Positions 45,101-52,734 of a stretch of 52,734 bases of DNA are shown piece after piece. The translations under genes and the position numbers were made by a program. The notes beneath the pieces are model-generated. The model saw only the letters and a list, made by a program, of their open reading frames with translations. It did no database searches and was not told the DNA's origin. Position 1 is the first letter of the stretch; each line of letters opens with the position of its first letter. The DNA comes from Callorhinchus milii (lineage: Eukaryota). The DNA lies in the NCBI RefSeq assembly GCF_018977255.1, contig NW_024705345.1:1-52734 (forward strand), read 5' to 3'.

Positions 45101-48100
45101 CGAATAGCGTTACTCGTATCTGCTATAGGAAATGTCCCTCTAGCGACTAAAACATATAAACAAACTTAAGTCTGTCCCGTCGTCGACGCCAACCACTGCT
45201 GAACAATATCTAAGGTTTTATGACTCGTTCGACTCTAACAGCACGGGATACTGTGATTAAAGGGTCTTTGAATTATTGATCCCTCTAACGGGCTATCCTT
45301 GTGCCTAATCGGCGTCAGCAGGTGAGGCGTAATTTCAGGCACGAAAGTAATCGATAGATTCGCCTTGGTTCTTGCGACTAAAGGAATTTGTGACTCAGAA
45401 ATATCACGATTTCTTTTCTGCCGTGACCAGGTCGGAAGCTACCACCACTATGACCATAGTCAGTTAATACGTGCGAAACACAACATTGGGTTTCAACTAG
45501 TTGATGGTATAGGAGCCATTACGTATGTCTGAAAGGCAAAGCTACGAACGTACTACCGCCCCGGTCACGCAACTCTCTGACAGGGGTGGGGGGGGTAATG
45601 TGACCCCCGGCCCGATTGAGCCTAGCAGATTCCGAAGAATAAAGGGCTCGATCACCATTCAGAGGCAGACTGTAGGCGTTCTCTAAGGGGTTGGCAGCCT
45701 TGTTTTGACGCTTTGTGCGATGTACGATGGCCTGGCTACTCTTTGAAATTCATTGCGCCAGCCCGACGCAATAATACATGGGGTGAACAAACAATCGGTC
45801 TGTCGGCTCTAATTCATAAACGACACAGTCAACCCAGGAATAAACGTCATTTCTCAGCGAGAGCCGAGTGCACAAATGTGCACGCCCAGCAGACTCCGAC
45901 TATGAGATCAGAGATGGGAGACAGCATGCACTTGGGTGAATACCATACCATAGTTGTCATGAGCTCCCAAAAAGCCAATGACTCCGCATTAAATCTCCAG
46001 AAATGGAGCGAGCCGTGTGGCGTTTCGAGCCCAGAATTATTGCATCATCAAGCTGATTAAAGTGGAAGCTTTTTGTCGAATCGTTACAGAGGATGGATAT
46101 AGCCCTGAGAATATATATCTCTGAAAATAAAGTTTCATAAACAAGCCCTTCTCTTAGCTTTGCCGCAAGCAACGCGCTACACAAATCTCTAGTCCTAGAA
46201 CGCTGATATTTAACCCGAGCGTCCCTTTTGAGAGTCAGCCGTTCGTAATCAAAGCAAGTGCCGTTTGGGGGGACTTGCGCTGCATTTAAGTGAGCACGGA
46301 TAAATGATTCAATAGATCGGGACACCGCCTTTCTATCATGTGAAACCAATGATAGAACGGGGGAGGACACAGGTTGGCAGGTTAGAGAGATCGCCTGAAA
46401 GAGCATAGTATACGGGGGCCAGCCCAGCGCCAGCCAACATCATGAACCCCTGCAGTAAATCCAAGACTGCTCATTAGACTACCCTGAAATGTAACGAGCT
46501 GATACCAATTCCGACAAACGCACCCAGTGCCCGGTTATGGCAAAGGACGGGGCCCACGAAACGCTTGAGTGCATCTGTCGAATTTATTGGAACTCTTCAT
46601 TGTGACTGGGGTCTCTCTAACGGTATTACACTTCCAGTATCACCCCGAGTCCCCCACAACCGTAGCGATCACCATGTGGCGTGATATTAGTCAAATCGTA
46701 GACCGGGTGCGTCAGGTAAGCACGTATTTCGCCCTTCTCTGTGCGTTCGGTAACAAAGAGCAGAAACATGCTCAAGGAATCGATCAATGCTGGTGAATCA
46801 CCGTGCATGAAAGTGACGAATGTAGGCCCCAACAACCGTAGCTCCCAAGAAAAGGCAAGGGGAAAACCTGCGAGGTCCAGAGGGTACATAGGAGTATCTT
46901 TGCGATTGCGGGACTACGTCATCTGTACCTCGAGGTTTTCGGAGGCCCCGTAGCCTATGGCGTATGATAGGTTGAGCTGCCTCGAGGATAAAGCGCCTAT
47001 ACCTATGAACTCAATCGTTCAGAACCTTGTTCGCACGACCTTGGCGATATTCCATGGAATAACGACAGACACCGCCCCTCCGCAGGGAATCATTCCGGAG
47101 GTATCATCACAAAGGCCGTACGTTCCAGTATCCATTTGCGGTCAAGACCTCAACGCAACCGATGCAAGCGATACAAACTATGTAAGCCCAAGTCCAGAGG
47201 GGTACTCCAGGGGAATATAATCTTGGTGTATCGCATGAAGTCCTGTGTGCACAGGAAACCCTCGTGCTGGACTGAAGGAACTAACGTACCACTTTGACTT
47301 GTAGATAAGCTGCATTACTTCACGCAAGAATTACGAGGATCGCATAGAGGGAAATTTCTCATAGACCTCCTGGTGGTGTTGCCCTTCAATGTTTTGAGCA
47401 CCTCACCATCATTGCATCTTTTTGGATGGTTACTATTTAGCCAACAAATATGCCTAGTCTCTATCCGTACATTGATAGTATTGACAAACACCATTGGTTG
47501 ACGAGGTCTATTGACGTCGTAACAACTCTGACTATTCAGAGGGAGTAGAGATTCCGGCTGTTGTGCAAACCTCACGAGCATATGAGTTCAAAACGCTAAC
47601 CCCTACTTTGAAGCGGCCGATCTCATAATCCAATTACATCCTTGACTATGGACACAAGGGTTCCAAACCTAAATTCGAGCCGCTCACGCAAATGCCGTCA
47701 ACCTTCATCACTTTCAGAAAACTCGGAAAAAGTGGGAGCAGAGCGTAGAGCAGTTAATCCCGCGACAGTCCGAGCCGCACATCAACCGGTTCTACGTAGT
47801 TAAAGTAATTTATGCATGCAGCTGTCGTCCGTAACTGGGCTACACGACAGAATTCTCATTTAGCGGGTACTACCCAATTTTCAACAGGACAAATGCCTGA
47901 CTCAGCTTAGTCTCTCCCTAGGTACAATCCTATTCGGTCTGTTAATTTGGCCACGCTTGTAGAATTCCGAGCAGTAAGACCGTGTATGAACTTTTGTACG
48001 AGGGACGAATATCATATTCATCGGCTGTCGGCGTCCGTCCTTTATGCCGGCCGAACTTATGCGATGCTTCACGATCGATTTGCTACGCCCAAGAAGACGT

Positions 48101-51100
48101 GAGTAACAGCACGGTCGCTCAGAAATCAGTACGTGAATGCCCCGCGCCCACTAATTACCCACAAATGCCCGAAAACTTAAGTCGTCTATACTCTGACTCA
48201 GGGAATAAGCAATCTTAAGACGCTTTCAAACACTTGCATGTCCGGTGTAGCAGTACGATAATATTCCTTATGTAGGTTTGAAGATCCGTCCAATGTTTTC
48301 GACGGTAGACCCAGCTTGCCGCCAATCAGAGATCGGTATCGACAGGTCCGAATTTATTTAGTTTTATCGGGAGACAACAGGGTATAATGACGTTGCCAGG
48401 CTCTGTTCCGGAAATTAATGTAGTTAAGTCAGTAGCTGATTCACCCCACCGACTGAAAGTATAATCTAATCGGTACAGGCGACGCCTCCAAAGATTAAGT
48501 ATTGCCCCTCGATTGAGTGAACTAGCCATGACCTGATCTACCTGTGTGGCAACCGGTAGGGGTTACTTGGCGATCCAGGTCGGATTAAGAGGGTGGGATG
48601 GATGTTTTACACCTGGACAAAGGTGCCGTTAGTCGGGGTGGGGAGGCCGAGTGTTGCGCCGTTGTTCTCATCAATTGAGAGGGTTAGCATGAAGTCATTA
48701 GTCCGTGCTAAAAGAGCATCTCCTATCTATTATTACGAAAACCCGACTCAGTGCTGCACGCCGATCGACCGAGACATATTGCTCGTTTCCATAACTTATC
48801 TCAAGTGAGTTGCACTGCTTAACCCCCTCGGCTATTTGGGGCGACGCACTCGCTCAAACATGGATCTGTTCATCGCTCCCTGAAGGTGTTGGCTACTGCT
48901 GTGTATGCATGCCGAAAGCCCCGCGTCGATAGGCCGCTGGTGCGCCACTAGAAGTCGTACTATATGTAAGCAACACTCGCAGTGCCAGGCGCACGAGCCA
49001 GCAGATTTCAAATGTTCTAGGCAATATAGGGCTCCGGTGGTGCTTGACCTGTCTCCAGGAACCGAACCCTTCGTCTGCAGACTGGCCTCGGCCTTGTACT
49101 TCTGGACGTCATACATTTTAGAGTCATTTAGACTTCAAAGCCAAAAGGTGAGCCGTAATCCCAGATTTTGCAAGCCCATTAGGGTACAGCGCACCTTCTA
49201 AGGCGTTTTCAAAAATTTGCAAACTCCCAAGAATCTAGGACTTCCCAAACAGTAAGAACCAATAACAAGCGCAGGAAATGCAGCAGCCGATTTCTTGAGG
49301 TGTTCCCGGAAGGGACTCAGAGCCACGCTTTGCACATAACCAAATGATTCAGTTTCTTCGTTGGAGTTCCCGTATAACAAGGATGCTTTAGTCGACCTTC
49401 ATGGTGCCGAGTAAAACGCTAGGGCGTAATTGTACACACGCGTAGGCTCAGGTAATTTCACCTGCCGCGTGTTCCCGTCGACCAATTCATCATGATGAGT
49501 TGAATTGACCCTTCGGTCACGATCTAGTAGGCGTGAGTGTGATTCTCATTCTTCAAATAACATAGATACTTAGAGCAGTCTAATTACATAGCCTTCAGCG
49601 GATTGAAACCTATACATTTGATAAACAAATACCTCAACATGTCAGCATGTGGTATTTTTTGAATAATTTTGTCCTTGGGGGGTTTTGAGAATGTTGGCGA
49701 TCATAGGGTCGGCGTGTCAGGTATTCACAATGTAACAACGTGCCGTGAATTTATAGGAAACGAAGCGGGACACGTCCGCCTGTTAGCTCATCCGATTTCG
49801 GAAGACCTCCACGTGATGGGGGCATCAGGTAAGTGGACTGGTATGTCTTATCGGTCTTCTCGTTGACGAGTACAGTGCCATTTGTAGACGCGTTACTTTG
49901 CTTTAGATAAGTCCACGTGGTTCTCTGAATGGTGAGTTCACCTTAGCACCATTTACCGCATTTCCGTTAGATAAGGTTTTATCATTTAATAAACATTACG
50001 CATAATTGGGATGTGCTTACTCACTTTTCATGAATACCCTACATAAGGATTATTACATCCTTAAGTCGCGTTACCCACTGCGGAGTCTCCTATGTCCACA
50101 CATTCTGATTCAGGCACTAATGTAAAGCGCTCCTCGTTTTTGAGCGACTTTGTTCCGCAGTATGGAACATAACGTCCCCATTGCATGACAGCCGCCGTCA
50201 AGGAGCTACGTTGATGCTAGTATAACTAACGTGTTTCCCAGTGGTTTCATCAATTTGCTCCCTATTCCTGAACTTATCCCGACCCAGCGTCACAAAGCTC
50301 TAAGCTGACGGCCCACTCTTTCGTGACGGCCTGGTACACAATCCCCAGTGCTGGAACGAGATACGTATTAAGTAGTACACCGGTTACTATAGTAAGTAGT
50401 AACGGAGGCACTTTTATATCCTTCAGGTCCATCCATTGGTGCGGCAAGGGAAGTCTTGGTAGGCTTAGCGGGTCATATTGGCTTGAGCCGCCAATCCAAA
50501 CAATCACGGGATATTATGGATGACGCCGCGGCCGAGTCGCAATGTGGAAGAGGCGCGAGCTCATTCTGAGACCGTGAGGAAGAATACAAAATTCTTGTCC
50601 AAGTACTCTGGCTGGATCAAGACGATTTATTACCCCGAATCGGGAAGCTTTCTATTAGGCGTCGCATCTCGGCTCAGGGCTTGCTACTTCTTTCACACAA
50701 ACTAGCGCATTATTCGTGTCCGACGAGTCGATTACACCACGGTGATGTACTATGTCCTTATCAGGGTTTAGATAGAACATTAGGTCATTATCCCGCCCCA
50801 CTAATCCCTCGCATGTCGAAAACAACAGAGTCCACAGTGGTACCAATCGTCCGGTACATGAGATGCATAACCACCTATCGCAGCGAGTAACCGTTGTCTC
50901 GTTCACTAGGACAGTCACAGTACCAAGTTGAACGTTCTGGACATCCAAGTGTTTGGTTTGCGCGCTAAACATAGCTATGGGCGACGGCGTCCAGACAGTG
51001 AGAGACCTGTCGATGATGCAAAGGAGTCGCATTTTATTGAAATGTTGAGAGTAGTCCTTGTGGAAAGAAAACCCTTGCGCCTTAATCGGCGAGTGTACCG

Positions 51101-52605
51101 AGCTGTTATAGTTTAAAGAATGGGTCTGTCCGTTCATTTAGTTGTTATGCATAAGAAACGCGCACTCGGGTGTTCACGTGGTCCCGCCATTGCTAGCTTC
51201 TGTCTTAGGGGTTGCTATGGGATGACTTATTGGCATTGGTTTTAAGGAACGCTATTTGAATTAGGCAGGTAAGGAACAAACCTAGGTGTACTCAACTGCC
51301 TGAGCAGCTCATGTAGTTACGGGAGGCTCATTTTTGAAAGCCATGGGCGCTATCGTATATAACGTCATGTATTAGTTTAACGAGTTGTGTTACCCGTGCA
51401 TCCGGAAGAATTGCTAGGCTTTCGCACCAAAAACGAACGGGAGATTCGCAGAGGTCCTAATTTGATCACCTGGACTCTGACTAGGGGAGTAGCAAGTATT
51501 GTCGCGCTACCGACACTGATTGACTTTATGGCCACGTTGTTTGTCCTTAGGATTAAGGATATCGAAATCCCTGACGTTCAGGTTTATTCACGGTGCCGGC
51601 CTTGAACAAATTGAAACCGTGACCTTTCGTCTATGACGCTAGTTGCTTCAACCACTGGTGACGGTACCATCCCTAACTGTACCGTAGGTATGCGCGGACG
51701 AGGTTTAGATGGTACGGACCGGGCTTTCACGGTTCGCTTCTTGCATTATCGCCCTTCCGTCCATTGTTCATACTCGAAGATAGGAATTGATCGTTTAAAA
51801 GATCGCACTTGAGTCTTCATTTTAGGATTATATTTTCTTCTCGCGCAGTGCGCACGCCATAGTGGAATTCTACCAACGAAGCCTATAAAGGAGCAGAATC
51901 ACTCGAGTAAGGTTAGGTTGGGACATCAAACGAGATTAAATGATTCCTGATCCACGTGAAGGGAGTTTCTCGGCAGCGATCCTAATGACCGAATTCAGAT
52001 GGCACTTTGGGGCCTAGTCGATATTCTCCCGTCACCTTAGAATATCTCTCTGTTTGACGCAGCGACATTTATTCAGTAAACGATATTAAGGAAGGGGGTC
52101 TCCTCTATTGTACCCAACAAGAACGCGGGGATAGCGGTGCTAGACCGGAAACTGAACAACGCGCAGAACGATTTAATGTTCCAGATACACGCTGTTACGA
52201 TAGGACATGCAACTACGGTTCCATCTGAATTCATTTCCGCATTTAAAACGAATCCATGGTATTCCCGGGGATTGTGATTCGTTTTGTAATAACAAGAAAC
52301 CCAGAAGACGACGTTGATTGAAGTTAGGGGTATTATGCGGCGGTTGTTCGGCCCATGCCCATGCGGCAACGACTTCAGCGGTTTCGGTCATGGGGAATAA
52401 TGTAGTACATATAAGTTCTTGCATTGGTTTATCGAGCATGGCGATTAGGAACTCTAGGCTCGCAGCTGCAGTAGGAATGTCGGTGCGCTTACTGTGCGGC
52501 CGTGATCAGAAGCAGAGCGTCTAATATCCCAACGGGGCGCTCTATGCGAGTCGGCCGCTTGTAACATCCGGGGCGAAGCATGGACCATCTCAATATGAAT
52601 AGTGG
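39170..52605. other. Featureless, random-like sequence
   Basis: No repeat-family hits, microsatellites or recognisable protein motifs. Longest ORF is 160 aa. Sharp contrast with the flanks. Confidence 0.75.
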
Positions 52606-52734
52606 TTCCTCGAGGGTGAGCGGAGTCGCGCTCCGGCCCACCGCTGAGGGATCAGCCACGGCCAGCGGTGTGTGGAGTGCGGGAGTAGGGGAGCTAACGG
52701 AGGAGCGTGCGTGGCACGCGAGAGGGAGCGTGCG

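Noticed and set aside
42934..45712. 2.8 kb with no ORF of 60 aa or more in any frame
   Set aside because: Somewhat long for this region, but I found no repeat, hairpin or RNA-gene pattern in it. Treated as fluctuation pending a shuffle test.
40006..52524. Short ORFs of 60-160 aa in the post-gap region
   Set aside because: No motifs, operon-like layout or splice pattern. Sizes are as expected by chance.

Overview
Eukaryotic, repeat-dense genomic DNA. The GC-rich exons and the repeat repertoire look lamprey-like (inference). Bases 1-39139 hold a prominin (PROM1/CD133-like) gene on the minus strand. I traced 16 phase-compatible exons from 37065 down to 1369, plus a candidate upstream exon at 37601-37691; the gene continues beyond the left edge. 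Its introns carry a full-length Ty3/Gypsy element (5089-11848, 4-bp TSD GATC) that sits inside an RTE LINE, which sits inside a 21-bp minisatellite, which sits inside a solo LTR. They also carry four more solo LTRs with 4-bp TSDs, a young 5'-truncated RTE LINE with an open 808-aa frame, a truncated Tc1 element with a 34-bp array grown from its transposase, three hAT-type MITEs with 8-bp TSDs, and Penelope-like fragments. The most notable signal is a family of small fold-back Penelope-derived inserts carrying minimal hammerhead-ribozyme motifs whose helix II covaries between copies. The prominin gene has two GC splice donors, one frameshifted exon and one shortened exon. After a 30-N gap (39140-39169), about 13.4 kb looks featureless and random-like. 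I found no biological system there and treat it as probable shuffled, synthetic or misassembled sequence. I cannot claim a wholly new system; the best leads are variants of known element classes.
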